This document shows, piece after piece, positions 9,878-22,642 of a stretch of DNA of 64,000 nucleotides. Below the pieces are notes generated by a model. That model had not been told where the DNA came from, ran no database searches, and saw nothing but the letters and a program-made list of their open reading frames with translations. A program made the position numbers and the translations under genes. Origin of the DNA: Rhizodiscina lignyota (taxonomy: Eukaryota). The stretch spans positions 310,001-374,000 of the forward strand of contig ML978135.1 in NCBI GenBank assembly GCA_010015805.1. The letters are read 5' to 3'. How positions within the stretch are numbered: position 1 is the stretch's first letter; every line of letters begins with the position of its first letter.

Positions 9878-12505
9878 ATGCCACGAGTAGTTTCTAATCC
9901 CTTTCGAGGGCGCGACAATCCTCCTACGGCCGCAACGCCTTACAAGTCTCCTATAAAGTACGCGTCCAACGCGTCTTAAACTAGCATCACGGCTAACACT
10001 GACCCCGCAGAATCCCCCTCAATGACGATAAACAAGAGAAAGCCAACCGGCTTCAGTCGCGTCAAGCCCAACATGAAATCCAGATGTCGCAAATCCGATC
10101 TGCAGCGACCCCCATACGACGGCGCAAATCGCTCGTCGGCGGCGCGAGTCCGCATACGCCGGCCGATGGTGAAGAGGGACGGTTTCGAGTGGGTGGAACG
10201 GCTGTTACGCCGATGAAAAGGGTGCCGATTTTGGCAAACTTCGAGGAGTGGATGAAGATGGCTACAGATAATGTACATCACTCAGCTGCCGCAGGGTGAG
10301 GTGAACAGCACGGCTGATTATGAAAACAGAAAATCAACGCGCAGAACTCGTGGAATTTCGCGCTTATCGATTACTTCCACGATATGTCACTTTTGAAAGA
10401 GGGTGACGGAGTCAACTTCCAGAGGGCGAGCTGCACATTGGATGGGTGCGTCAAGATTTATACCAGCCGAGTGGATAGCGTCGCTACAGAAACAGGGAAG
10501 CTGTTGAGTGGGTTGGCGGAAAGCCGAGACAAAAAGAAAAAGGGCGACGATGGCGAGGGAGCAGAAGGAGAAGGTGGGGAAGATGATGGAGAGGAGGAAA
10601 GCGAAGACGGAGTGAAAAAGAAGAGGAAGAAGGTTAGAGTTACGTCTAGCCTGATTGTGTGATATTTTGCTCACGGTAACAGGCTCAACGATCCTCTGAA
10701 GCCACGCTAGCAAGTTCCTTCGCTCAACTACAGTTGAAAAAAATGGAGCTTGAGTTCTCTGTGGACCCGCTGTTTAAGAAAGCCTCCGCAGATTTCGACG
10801 AAGGTGGTGCAAAAGGCCTACTTCTCAATCATCTCGCAATTGATGGTAAAGGCCGGATAGTCTTCGACAGCAGCGACGATGCTCAGGATGCATCGGCAGA
10901 AGAGCGAAGAGATTCTGCATTGCCTGAAAAGATGGATGTTGACGAATCGACATCCAATGAGACTTCTCCTATCGTGGACATTGACATCTCAGCACTAGGC
11001 GCGAAATTTTTCCCCGACTTAGCCAAGCTCGACGAGCAAGACATTTGTCCCTCTCTCAAGAACTTCGACTTAAGCGACGCGAATGCCTCCCTTGAACTTC
11101 CTTTCCTCAAAGCCCCTGAAGACTGGCGACAAGATCTGGACAGAAGGAAGTCTGGTGTTGTTCTGGATGGGGATAATGCGCTTGGGTTTGACGACGATGA
11201 CGACGTAGGCCTTGGAGGATTTGACCTGCCTCCAGAAACAGGATTCGGCGAGGGGGGTGAAGCCTGGGCGAGAGAGGCAGCATTAGAACCACAATTGCGT
11301 GTGCATACAAATACCATGCTAAATGGCGACGATGGCGAAGTCGATGAGAACGGAGAGATTGGCGGATTCGAGCCCGCAAATCCTCACTTCGGCGTCCGAC
11401 TGATCCACAGCAAGGAAGACGAGCAAGAGAATATCCTAAATTTCTTCGACCAGGCATTGCAGAAGAATTGGGCTGGCCCTGAGCATTGGAAGATTCGGAA
11501 ATTCAAAGACAACGCAAAGGCAGCAATCGCAGCTCCGACAAAGCGGAAAGAAAAAGAGCCATTTGAGATTGACTTTGCTGGAGGTATGAGCCAATCGGTC
11601 GCAGATGCGTTATACACACCTTCGCTCTCGAGCTCGTACATCTCACTGCCAAAGGCACAATGGAGGTCAAAGACCAGAAATCTCCTTCCAGACGACAAGC
11701 ACTTCAACTCACGGCAACTGCTTCGTCTCTTTCTGAAGCCCAAGGCACGAATGGGCACGCGGAGATCTGGCGTACCATCACAGAAGCTTGAAGAAATCCC
11801 AGAGGGCGAAGTCGACGAAGCATATTGGGCACAAAATAAGCAGATCGGCGCAGACGATGCTGCGGATGAGGCCCCGCAGGGCAATTATGACGCCGATTTC
11901 TTCCAAGATGATGGTCTTGATGCCGTTGCGCCGATGGATGATGATGATGGGGATGAATTTGCAGATGCGAGAGACCATTTCTCGCCACCATTAGAAGGAG
12001 AAGACGGAGCACCCGCCACCATCGATGGCGCTTTGAATGGGAACCAAGATGGTGCTTTTGGTACACAACTAGTAACCCAGAGTCGGAAGCTGAGGCCTGA
12101 ATATGTGCAATACGCAAGAGTTGCAAAGAAGGTGGATGTGCGAAGGTTGAAAGAAGAGATGTGGAGAGGTATTGGATTCGAACAGGTTCGAGACTTACTT
12201 TACATATTCCCAGAGACAAGTACTGACCTTCTCAGGAACCAATGCCTTCGCAGACGCCCTCCAAACCAGCTGCGGTTTCCTTAGCGAAAGGCCCCGATGA
12301 TTCTTTGAACTTCACCGATGTGATGAACAATCTGCAGAACGTGTATCCGAAGCAGGCAATGGCAGACATTTCGACCTCGTACTGCTTCATCTGTCTATTG
12401 CATTTGGCAAATGAGAAGGGGCTGGTCATTTCAAATCACGAGGACTTCCAAGAGCTTACGATACGGAAAGACCACAGTGCAGAGATTGTGGGTGGTGGAG
12501 AGTGA
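9878..12505 (+). CDS. BRN1: Condensin complex subunit 2 (kleisin Brn1/Cnd2/CAP-H, barren), 5 exons
   Basis: Motifs 'IPLNDD', 'NFEEWMKMATDNKINAQNSWNFALIDYFHDM', 'NFQRASCTLDGCVKIYTSRVDSV', 'VDPLFKKASADFDEGGAKGLLLN', 'NWAGPEHWK', 'YARVAKKVDVRRLK', 'ISTSYCFICLLHLANEKGL'. Introns start near 9958, 10273, 10633 and 12186. Confidence 0.96.
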
Positions 12506-12871
12506 CTGTACCAAGTCTAGATGTTTGTATATTGAGTTGCATGGGTGGCGTTTTGGGGGGGAGGACGTCTGTAGTGCCCTGCAGTGCTCGTTCCAGGCCT
12601 GTTCGAATCAATTCAGCATCAATTGATGTATTTCACGATCTTAATACTTAGGCAGCAATGGTCTAAGAAAAGCCTCCTAAGCATGTTTCTCGTTCCAGAA
12701 ATATGGTTGGTTGCCGCAGGCCCCCTGCAGAGATCCCGCGCGCTGTGTGACGTTGCACTTCGCGTTCCGCGCGACAACTCATAGCATTTTCGTTGTTCAC
12801 GGACCTCTTCGACGCTCACCTCCGCAAACTCACGTAGGAACGAGTCGCGCGCTGCGTGAAGCTGGCGCAAG

Positions 12872-15800
12872 ATGCGAACGTAAGTACTCTCATTTTGTGG
12901 AGGCTTGATAAATTATGAGTGCCGATTTGACGTGTACAGAGTCCGGCGCGATGCGCTCGAGAAGCTCGCAGCACTCTCCGCGACAAAGCCGAACGATCGA
13001 GCTGGACGTTCAGATATCTTCAAGCTGTGTCGGAAGTGTCCATACAGTGGCGGCCCCACCAATGGATACAGCTATGGGATGCAACCGCGATACAGCGCGT
13101 CGAGTGTACCAATGGTTGGTATGATACAATTTCAGGAGAGCCAGGAACTAAAGTACACCTCCAGACCATCGCTGAACTTGAGACCCTTCTCGCACTCTGC
13201 AAAGCGGCTCCGCTAGTACAAAGCAACGAGATTGCAGAGCAATTGCTGCGACAGCTCGTCCGATACCTCCCCGAGTCCTACATGCAGTTGATCTCAGAAG
13301 CGCCTGGCCTCAAGAGCTTCGACCCTTCACCTTGGGAGGTTCTGACCTTTCAGCTTACGTCCGCCGTTCTAATGATCGCATCGAATTTCACCTACCTTCG
13401 AGATGATGCGATACGAGCGATACACGAATATCTATTTGGGTGGACACGGCTGGCAGGAAGCATTTCGGCGGACCAATTTGACGGGGAAGAGCCGAGCGAG
13501 GAGAGAGAGACTGCATTGAGCACAGTTATCACATCCACGTTATCCATTGTCGGTTTCTTTGAAGCTGCTGCGAAGCATGCCGCTGTTTTTACACCGGAGC
13601 AACGCTTCGAATACACCCAGCTACTCCGAGATACTTTATCAGAACAGTACATGACGGCACTGGAAAGCGTCCTCTCCGTTACGAGAAATGCACGTGGTCC
13701 TCATAATCCGCTGCGACCATGGAGAAAGTATTTGAAGCACTACGCTGCCATGGGAAGGCCTCTCGGTGCGATGCTGTTGCGGCTTGGGTTTGTGCGGTTC
13801 GCAGTGGCTTCGATATCCTTGCACGTGGCACCGACGGAAGAGCTGCAAGGCCATTATGTCCTAAATACGCTCCTCCACCGTGAGTTCACAAGCAATGGGT
13901 TCTTCCATCCCCAGGTGGACGTACCTGTCGATATCTTCGCCGAGATTGCTCTCAACGAGATTGAGCTTTTGGAAGAGGGGTCTGACTATCTCCAGCTGGG
14001 CTCGGCATGGCAACAACATCTGGCGTTCTCTGTCAAAGCGAACGCTTTGGTCTGCTTCCTCTGCTGCACGATTCTTGATGAAGAAATCGCCGATCCAGAT
14101 CTGCTGATGTCCTGGCTCGAGTCAACAATGGCAAATGACGTTCAGATATCAGATGAGACTCTTGCATCCTGTGTCTTCCGATGTATGGCGATCTTAGCTA
14201 GATTCTCACCGCCTATGGCCTCCACATTAGGACGATCCTTGCCGAGAATTATCGTACAAGGTGGACTGGAAGCAACTTCTGCTGCTGTTGCAGCCGACGC
14301 TCTCGCGACGATCCTCAAAACCCTTCCTCAGGATACTGTTATTACGACCTTATACAGCTTAGGCAATATCCTGAGTTCCAAATCGCCGCAGAAGAATAAT
14401 TTCCAATACAACTACGATGGCGCCGTCGGTGGAAATAACTTTGAGCATCATACTACAGGAAGTACCCTCTCATTAGCACCTAGCGACATGGATGAGCCTT
14501 CGAGTGTCTACACGATTGTGGTCAAGACAGTGACGAAGATCGCAAATGCGTGTGAAGATGACAAGATTACGGCGCTGGCCGTTTCCATGTTGATTCAAAA
14601 GATCGGGCGTGTCAGTCTTTCAGTCGACGCCGCAATCGTAACCGAGTCCGCCGTCCTGGGAGCAACTAGTGCGGAAGCTGACCTACGATCACTGCTCAAA
14701 CTGTACACCAAGCTTGCTCACGATGCACTCGCACAAGACAACCACACTATCCTGGACGCAGTGCTTAGTGCCAGGCTGCATCTATCACGATCAATCAAAA
14801 TTGGATCTGGGCGATTCGAGCCGTATCTGCTCAGTCTCCTTGACGATGTCGTGAGCAAAGGGGATGCACATGACAATGATAGCAAGCATCTTGCGGATGC
14901 GGAGCTAGCATCTCTAGAGATCGCCTCTTTACTCCGACCATTGGCGGTCCTGATCAAAGAGAATGCGCCACTCGGAAATTTAATTGAAGACATTGAAATT
15001 GATGCTCTGCCGAATCTACAGCGCGATGCATGGTTCAACGTTGTAGTGCATGGTTTTACGCCAAATTCAAATTTGGGGAGGAGATGGGTCCACGAACTGC
15101 AAGTCCTCGCCAAATACAGTCTCCCACTGATTGCAGAAGATCGCGCAGACCAACTCGAAAGCGACATTGAACTCAATACTGTTCTGCGAAGAGGGAAGAG
15201 TTCCGACCATACTGCGACTCAAAGAAGCCATTTGATTGCGGCGCTGCCGGAGATTTCCCAGCAGGTCCAATCGCTCAATTATCCGGAGGTCGTTTTCTTG
15301 GCAGCAGCGAACATGGTCGAGACCTTGCGCGCAAGTGCAGGAGATCTCACTCATGTCTTCACCTATTTCCTCGACCCTCAGCTTCGATCCGGTTCTATGG
15401 GACATTGCATGCAAGCCATTGCCACCAATGCAGTCAAGACGTATCTGGCACGGACACTTGCGGGAGACAAGCAATCGTTCTCTTCGCCATATGTCGCACA
15501 GCAGTTAGCCGCTATATTCGCGGCGTGCTGCCATAGAACCGCCCAGGTACAAAAGGCTGCCATTCTATGCGCTGACCTGATCATAGCACAAGTTCCTTCC
15601 TCCCTATGCCAAAAGACATCTCTATTCACATTACTCGAACTACTCACGCTGATGTGGGAGAGCTGCCTGGAGCGAGAGACCGATGAGTATGAATGGACGT
15701 CAAAATACACCTCGAGCCGAGAGAATGTTGCCATTGAACTTTCAGACAATTATGCATTCAGACGGCAAACACTCGGGACACTGCACAAATGGGCCAAAGC

Positions 15801-18800
15801 ATGGGTCCTGAAAACTTTGGACATTGCGCCTCTAGACGTCAAGGGGCTCCTCCAGACATATCTGTCTGAGTACGACGATGAAGGAACGTATGGCCATATC
15901 TCCTTAGGCCGCTCGTTCGCAATGGAGATGGGTTCTACTATTCCGTCGACAGACCAAAGACTAGGCGCCATTGAGAGCCAACAAATTCCCATCAACACCG
16001 CATCCGACTTCATCGCACAGTACACCACGCGCCAAGAATATCGCTTTGTCCAAGGAGTAAATGATGATGACCAAGAGTGGCTACGATTCCAAGGGGAGAC
16101 GGATCCTCTCATGAGATCAAAATTGCGATTAGACAAGACAATGGAGGACGCCTCTGTGATCCTTGCTGATCTAGAGTCGCGTACGCTTCGCAACCAGCAT
16201 GTCCCTATCGCAGAGATTCGTGAACCTCTTCGAAGGGCAGGGGCGCTGCTGTGCAGGACCAATGTCGACCAATGCGCAATTGTGCATCATCTCGTCGGTA
16301 TACCGTTTGCTGCCTTTACGAAACAGTCCATCAAACTTGGTATTTCTCTGTGGATGGGAGTCATCAAAGAGAATCCGCGAATGGAACCTAGAATTCTTGT
16401 CGAATTGGCAGATAACTGGCAGAATACGGTTCGCAAGCGGATGGGCTTCTTCAATCGTAACGTGAAGTATGCTTTCCTGCGAGTATCTCAATCACTTCTT
16501 GCTGACGAATTATAGACACAAGGATCCGTTCTACATCAAGGAGGAATTCGCACCATCAAGTCGAGAAGTGATCATGAAGCGTCAACATCAAGCATACGAC
16601 CATATCGCGCCCCACTTTCGCCTCGTGCAATTCTTGTCAAGCCACTTCAATGCAACAAGACTAGGAAGCCGCCAAATTCAACGAGTGTACTACCGGCTGA
16701 TGCACATAACGCTTGACGCTATAAACGACGTGATGGAGCATCCTCTCGCTCGAGAAACACTTTTCCATATTGTTCTCCTCGGGCTGCGCATTCTGCAGTT
16801 TGGCACCGATATGGATGCCGCGGATCACTGGAGACTGAAGGACAGGATTCTTTCGGCTGCACTATCATGGTTTTGCATGGCTCCGATGTTCGCAATTACC
16901 CTTGGCCATCTTTCTCGAGTCCATGAGGCTAACGGAATGCAGGTGGTCATTTGGCGGCAATAGACTACAGATTAAAGCAGAGACCCATTTACTCACGGAC
17001 GTTCAGAACGCTTTGAAGATGGTCCAGACGGTGGGCTCCCGTCCATTGGGCTCTCTCCCCTCTCTACAACAAAAGCAGGAGCTTCTGAGCATGTTGCTTG
17101 CGGATGAGCAGACAAGGCTAATGGTCTGGTTATTCCCACTGGATTATCACTCTAAGCATCATTTTACGTCTGGTGGACATTATGGGCCAAATGAGGTGTG
17201 TACCCGATTTTTATTCTATGCAATTGCTAATAATTGAAAAGCTTGCTTTGCAATCCATGGTGAAGCCTGCCTGGGTTGAGAATCCCGCGCTGGCTGTTCA
17301 TCTCACACAGCGCTTTTCATCAGCAAGGCTCGCCCATGACGTCCGTTGGCTGCTCTTGAACTTTCCAGCAAAGGGCCTTAATATCCCGGATGCATTGGAA
17401 CTATTACTTGGTCCCGCTTTGCCAAGCGATGTTTCGTTTCAACTCAAGGTGGGCAATCGGTTCAAGCTCTTGGGCATATTGCTGACAATCGCAGTACCTC
17501 CTCTTTTGGGCTCCCGTCAATCCTATGGCCGCTGTGTGCTACTTCCTCCCTGCATACGGCAATCATCCGTTCATCATCCAATATGCTATGCGAGCTCTGG
17601 AATACCATTCCGTCGATGTGACATTCTTCTATGTCCCTCAAATCGTGCAGACGCTTAGATATGACGTCCTCGGTTACGTCGAGCGATACATTGTCGAGAC
17701 TGGAAAGTTTTCTCAGCTTTTTGCGCATCAGATCATCTGGAACATGAAGGCAAACTCCTTCAAGGATGAAGACTCTCAAATTGTAAGAACTACTCTGCTA
17801 AATCAACCTCATGTTGCGGTTCTAACAGTCGCAGCCCGATCCTGTCAAGCCTACACTTGACAAAGTCATGGATAGCATGATTGCGAATTTCCTTGAGTCG
17901 GACCGTGCGTTTTACGAAAGAGAATTCGCCTTTTTCAATGAGGTAACGGATATCTCCGGGAAATTGAAGCCGTACATAAAGAAGAGCAAGCCCGAGAAGA
18001 AACAGAAGATCGAAGAAGAGCTTCGCAAGATCAAACTTGAGGTGGGCGTCTATCTTCCCAGTAATCCAGATGGCGAGGTCATCGGCATCGATCGTAAATC
18101 GGGCAAACCGCTGCAAAGTCATGCCAAGGCACCCTACATGGCAACTTTCCGCCTCCGAAAGGAGAGGGGTGAGGTTGAGGGCATTGAAGACAAGCTCAGT
18201 GATGCTCAGAAGGCCGAAAAGAATACCTATGAGGTATGGCAGTCGGCCATCTTCAAAGTTGGTGACGATTGCCGACAAGATATACTCGCGCTCCAAATGA
18301 TTGCTGCATTCCGAGGCATCTTCAACAACGTGGGGCTGGACGTGTATGTCTATCCATATCGCGTCACGGCCACTGCTCCTGGATGTGGCGTCATCGATGT
18401 GCTCCCGAACTCCATCTCGCGCGACATGCTCGGTCGCGAGGCTGTCAACGGACTTTACGAATATTTCGTTAGCAAGTACGGCGGCGAGGACTCGATCCGC
18501 TTCCAAGAAGCCCGCAACAACTTTGTCAAGAGTATGGCCGCATACAGCGTCATCAGCTACCTCCTTCAGTTCAAGGACCGACACAATGGCAATATTATGA
18601 TCGACGACGCCGGCCACATCCTCCATATCGACTTCGGCTTCTGTTTCGACATCGCCCCAGGTGGCGTCAAATTCGAGCGTGCTCCGTTCAAGCTCACGTC
18701 CGAGATGGTCGCCGTCATGGGCGGCAGCACCGATTCTCAGCCGTATCACTGGTTCGAGGAACTGTGTATCAAGTCATTCCTCGCCAGTCGGATGCACTGC

Positions 18801-19016
18801 GAACATCTAGCGCAGATCGTGACGGTGATGCTGGACAGCGGGCTGCCTTGTTTCAAACCCGAGACGATGCAGCATTTCAGGGAGCGGTTCGTGCTGCATA
18901 AGACTGAGAGGGAGGCTGCGGATTTCATGAGGGACCTCGTAAGGAAGAGCTACAATAGCTATAGCACGAAGGGCTATGATCAGTTCCAGTTATTGACGAA
19001 TGGTATCCCATATTGA
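12872..19016 (+). CDS. STT4: Phosphatidylinositol 4-kinase type III alpha (Stt4), multi-exon
   Basis: 8-nt first exon (ATGCGAAC, intron 12880-12939), second intron 13115-13164, a long helical region, PIK helical region 'FFYVPQIVQTLRYD', and kinase motifs 'PLQSHAKAP', 'IFKVGDDCRQD', 'KDRHNGN', 'HIDFGF', ending 'YDQFQLLTNGIPY*'. Confidence 0.97.
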
Positions 19017-19509
19017 GGGGATCGGAAGAGGGTTTTGCATGATCGTTTGGGCTCAATAGATTGCGAATATACCCAGGGCATTAATAAGTCAGACGAGTTC
19101 ACTTCAAATTGGCGACTGCGACTGAAATGACAATTGACAACTATTGCATCGCTTCCACGAACTTGTAAACAATAACATTGAGGACCATCGGGAATATTAG
19201 TTTGTATTAATAATAATACTATTACTGCATTATCAATTTATCATTTATATTTCATATCTGTGTTCTGAGAAGCGTGCCACTGCGAATGACTAGACTCACC
19301 TACTTTCCCAAAAATAGCGCAAAAAGATACATGGATATGTTAGTAAAGGAGACTCAGGCAGTATACACAAATTGACCCCACACGCTTACCCCCTTCCGAT
19401 AGCCTTGCAGCGTCAAAGTATCATCATTGCAAGTATACTTGATATCATAATTCTGTTGAAAGTCAAACGTAAAACCCCCCGTGACCGGGTCGGTCTCCTT
19501 CGCACTGCC

Positions 19510-20079
19510 CTACCCAGCATAGACAACTAAGCAAAAGTCTCCCTTGCCGCTGCCGCCAGCCGTTGTGAAGATGCTGGCCTCAAACTTCCCATTGACAACA
19601 GTAGACGTTGGCACGTCGAAACCGTCGGCGCCAACATCAATGTCGAGCTTGAAGCCGTCATACGTAAAAGTTGCATTCTGCCCGGCGATATCAATACTGC
19701 CTGTTCCTGAAACGGAAAGGCCGTTGATTGTCACATCCGGTTCTTTGCCTAGCTGCTGCTTGAGATAGGCTTCTACTTGGGCGGCATCAACATTCCAAGT
19801 GTGTGCTGTGAGACACGAATCGGTCTTGATGATGGTAGCCTTGCATGATCCGGTGCCAGTCGGAGCTGGCGCCGAAGCCGACTTCGGTGTCTTTGATGGC
19901 TTCTTCGAGGGCTTGGACGGCTTGGACGGAGTAGGTGAAGCGGATTTGGCAGGAGGTGTGGTTGGAATTGGCTTCTGGCAATCCAGGAGACCACGACGTT
20001 GGGCCCCTTGGTCTCCACTGGGTAACTTGCACGCGCAGTAGTCATAGTTAGCTACCTTCGCCCAGCGGGTGGGAGTCAT
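19510..20079 (-). CDS. Hypothetical, probably secreted-type protein (Pro/Ser/Lys linker plus beta-rich Cys-containing domain); 5' end uncertain or truncated
   Basis: 189-codon ORF with coding-like composition. 'LPSGDQGAQRR' resembles a propeptide with a Kex2 site, followed by a PSK-repeat linker. No signal peptide. A GCTAAC branch-like site near 20050 suggests the ORF start may be intronic. Confidence 0.5.
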   Translation of the reverse strand: MTPTRWAKVANYDYCACKLPSGDQGAQRRGLLDCQKPIPTTPPAKSASPTPSKPSKPSKKPSKTPKSASAPAPTGTGSCKATIIKTDSCLTAHTWNVDAAQVEAYLKQQLGKEPDVTINGLSVSGTGSIDIAGQNATFTYDGFKLDIDVGADGFDVPTSTVVNGKFEASIFTTAGGSGKGDFCLVVYAG

Positions 20080-20287
20080 TCAAATTCTTCATGGATCACT
20101 TATGCAAAAGCTGGACAAAATTGGTGGTAACATGGAATGTGAATTTCTTTGTACATCTATCTGTGATGAAAACCCCACGAGATGGAATCATCTCTGGTAT
20201 GTATGCCGATGGGAGCTTGAACCGATATAATCGGAAACCACGACTGTGCTCCTACAAACTCCGACCCAAATGCAATTTGAATGAAAT

Positions 20288-21340
20288 CTATCTTCCTTGA
20301 GTCCCATTCCCAGAACCATAAGCGGGCGCACCCTGGTCTTGGAAGACCTTCAACGAGTTGATTGCCCAATAAGCGTCCTTGAAAGCAGCTGGATTCTCGG
20401 CGACGTACTGGTCACAAGTCGGTGCAAGCTTGCTGCACTCTGCATCCGTAGTCCAAGCTTGGCCAGCCCACTGACCGCACATGGTAGTGTCGAAGATGAG
20501 CTGGAGGTCTGAGAAGTGGCTATCGATGGTGTTGTTCGCAGGCTGGAACAAGGCATTGGGTGTGCCCCATGAGCTGCTGGGACTCGGTGACGATGAGAGA
20601 ACGTTGGCAGGAATATGCGTTCGGTTGAAGAACCAGATCTTGATGAAGTCCGAGGTCCACTCAGTTGCAAAGACGCCTCCACCGTTCGCATTGAAGACCT
20701 TTCCGAAGGAGTCAGCGTTGGGAGAATCTGCAATGTTGCAACCCTGGTTCGTTGGCTGGTTCGGATCCGCGACATTGCAATCAGAAGTTGTGAGAGTTCC
20801 CTTGAAGAGGTTGGTGTTATTCTGAACTTCCACACCGGCGTTTGTATGAAGGGTCATGGCGTTGAAGTTTTGGCTGTTCACACCTTCGATGATGTCGATC
20901 TCGCCCGCGTTAGGCCACTCAGAGCTCGTGCCAAGCATCCAGAAGGCAGGCCATGTACCACAAATACCGCCGGGCGTGTGAGAAATGTCGGCAATGACCA
21001 GCGCGTGGTTCCAAGTTTGGTTCGTTTGAGCACGATGGCTATTCCTTCCTGGACCTGACGTCGAGAGTTTCGTCGTAGAGTCCACACCAAGGTAGACAGC
21101 GCCGGTTTCACTGCCATTGACAGTCAACATTCCTGCCAGGCCGGTAGAGTTGGCAGCACTCTGATCGATGTATGTGACGAATCCTTGAGTAGGGTCCGGG
21201 ATTGTCGAAAAGTTGAAGCCCTCGAAAAACTTGGCTCCAGAATAGTCCTGGGTCAAGCTGTAATGGCCTGCATTAACAAGCGTAGTAGAGAATGAGAGGA
21301 TCACACTGCACAGCAGTGCGCCGAACGTGCTGGAAGACAT
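20288..21340 (-). CDS. Secreted GH16 endo-1,3(4)-beta-glucanase (fungal Lam16A-like)
   Basis: Signal peptide, 'DPTQGFVTY', 'CGTWPAFW', catalytic 'WPNAGEIDIIEG', 'NGGGVFATEW', 'CGQWAG', 'AYWAINSLKVF'. Intronless. Confidence 0.95.
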   Translation of the reverse strand: MSSSTFGALLCSVILSFSTTLVNAGHYSLTQDYSGAKFFEGFNFSTIPDPTQGFVTYIDQSAANSTGLAGMLTVNGSETGAVYLGVDSTTKLSTSGPGRNSHRAQTNQTWNHALVIADISHTPGGICGTWPAFWMLGTSSEWPNAGEIDIIEGVNSQNFNAMTLHTNAGVEVQNNTNLFKGTLTTSDCNVADPNQPTNQGCNIADSPNADSFGKVFNANGGGVFATEWTSDFIKIWFFNRTHIPANVLSSSPSPSSSWGTPNALFQPANNTIDSHFSDLQLIFDTTMCGQWAGQAWTTDAECSKLAPTCDQYVAENPAAFKDAYWAINSLKVFQDQGAPAYGSGNGTQGR

Positions 21341-21972
21341 GCTTGCGAGAATGGTGTGCGTGGTTATCCAAGAGAAGGCGCAAGAGTGGGTTCAGAGATG
21401 CAAGCAGCAGATATCCAAAGGGAAATGTTCCGCGGATGATTAGAAGGACATCCGTACAGGAAAGAAAGAAAGATATCAGGTCCGGCCTAAATGAGAGGTT
21501 GAATCGAACATGGCGCGGACATGGCAGAAAACAATTGACAATACAAAGAACTCGACAATAGCGGGCAACACTTTTAAAGTGAGAGTCGTTGCATTGTGGT
21601 GAATAGGCCTTTGTTACCAAAAGTGTAAGACAATGGTCAGGTGCATTTACAATGGAAAAGGCTGGGAGCGAATCCACACATTCGCGCCTCCAACACAGGA
21701 CAGTGAAACCGTGCAACAGAGCAGCGCGCCGCGGTGAAAGCCACGCCTACCGCGGGCTGCTTCAGCGTACTGAGCGAACAAGCAAAAGCTTGGTTATCCA
21801 GGAACAGTACGAGCGCGTCTGAGCTTCGGAAGAAGGCAAGAGACACCAATCATTCTGGCCAGGCGTGTTGATTCAAAACACGGCGACAGAGATGTGCACT
21901 TGCGGTACCATTGGCTTGCAGTGAAGAAGCCCGAAGCGCTCTCTCGGAGTGAAAGACGCGGAATTTTGGCGC

Positions 21973-22008
21973 CACGTGATTTACCGCGCGGGCTCTTTGT
22001 CACGTGAC
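21973..22008. promoter_or_regulatory. Pair of bHLH E-boxes (CACGTG) in the divergent GH16/P450 intergenic region
   Basis: CACGTGAT at 21973-21980 and the perfect palindrome GTCACGTGAC at 21999-22008, flanked by several CGCG words. Confidence 0.4.
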
Positions 22009-22642
22009 TATTGCGCGTCGCGTTTCAGATTCTGCCTGAAACTCTCTGCCTATCAAATCCGGCTTCTGTTCACCAGTCTCTCCCTTGTCCTCGATTCCGA
22101 GAAAATGGTACTGTTTTGTGCGTAACGACACTTTCAGTCTCTAGTTAGAATACCTCAAGCCCATTGGACACATCCCGGACAGTCTTGAATCTCCTATCGG
22201 CGTCGTGCACAACGACGCGTCTCCTCCCCTACATAATCCAGCTATTGAACTACTTCTAGGCGTCGGTGCACGTCCTTCCTACCGAACAGCCATCTACTTA
22301 ACCTGTTCAGGATGGCTTAGTTTAAGAATTTCTCCGCGACTACTATCTTTGGGCAGGGCCAGAAGGGAAAGTTGCACTCTTGCACAAGCCTCGGCTTGGA
22401 ATCCTTTCAACAAGTGCAACTATTTGGGACGACTTTCCCTGTAACCCTGGGGCCCCACATACTACGTACGTTGGCTATCTCCATCGATCAGGCATACGGC
22501 CGCATAAGTACCTGGAGTGGCAGAGTTTGCGAATTTGAGACCTGTCCAAAGTCGGATTCCTAAACTGTATTCTTATCAACGTCCTCCTTCCTGTACTTTG
22601 CACAGAAAATATTGGTTGCGAATCGTGCCCTGATTGAACATC

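Noticed and set aside
17790..18749. 319-aa antisense ORF over the STT4 kinase domain
   Set aside because: It is the shadow of a conserved, codon-biased sense gene and has no independent motifs.
22205..22444. Weakly F-box-like string 'ASPPLHNPAIELLLGVG'
   Set aside because: There is no ATG, the core LP is missing and the similarity is too weak to call a relic.
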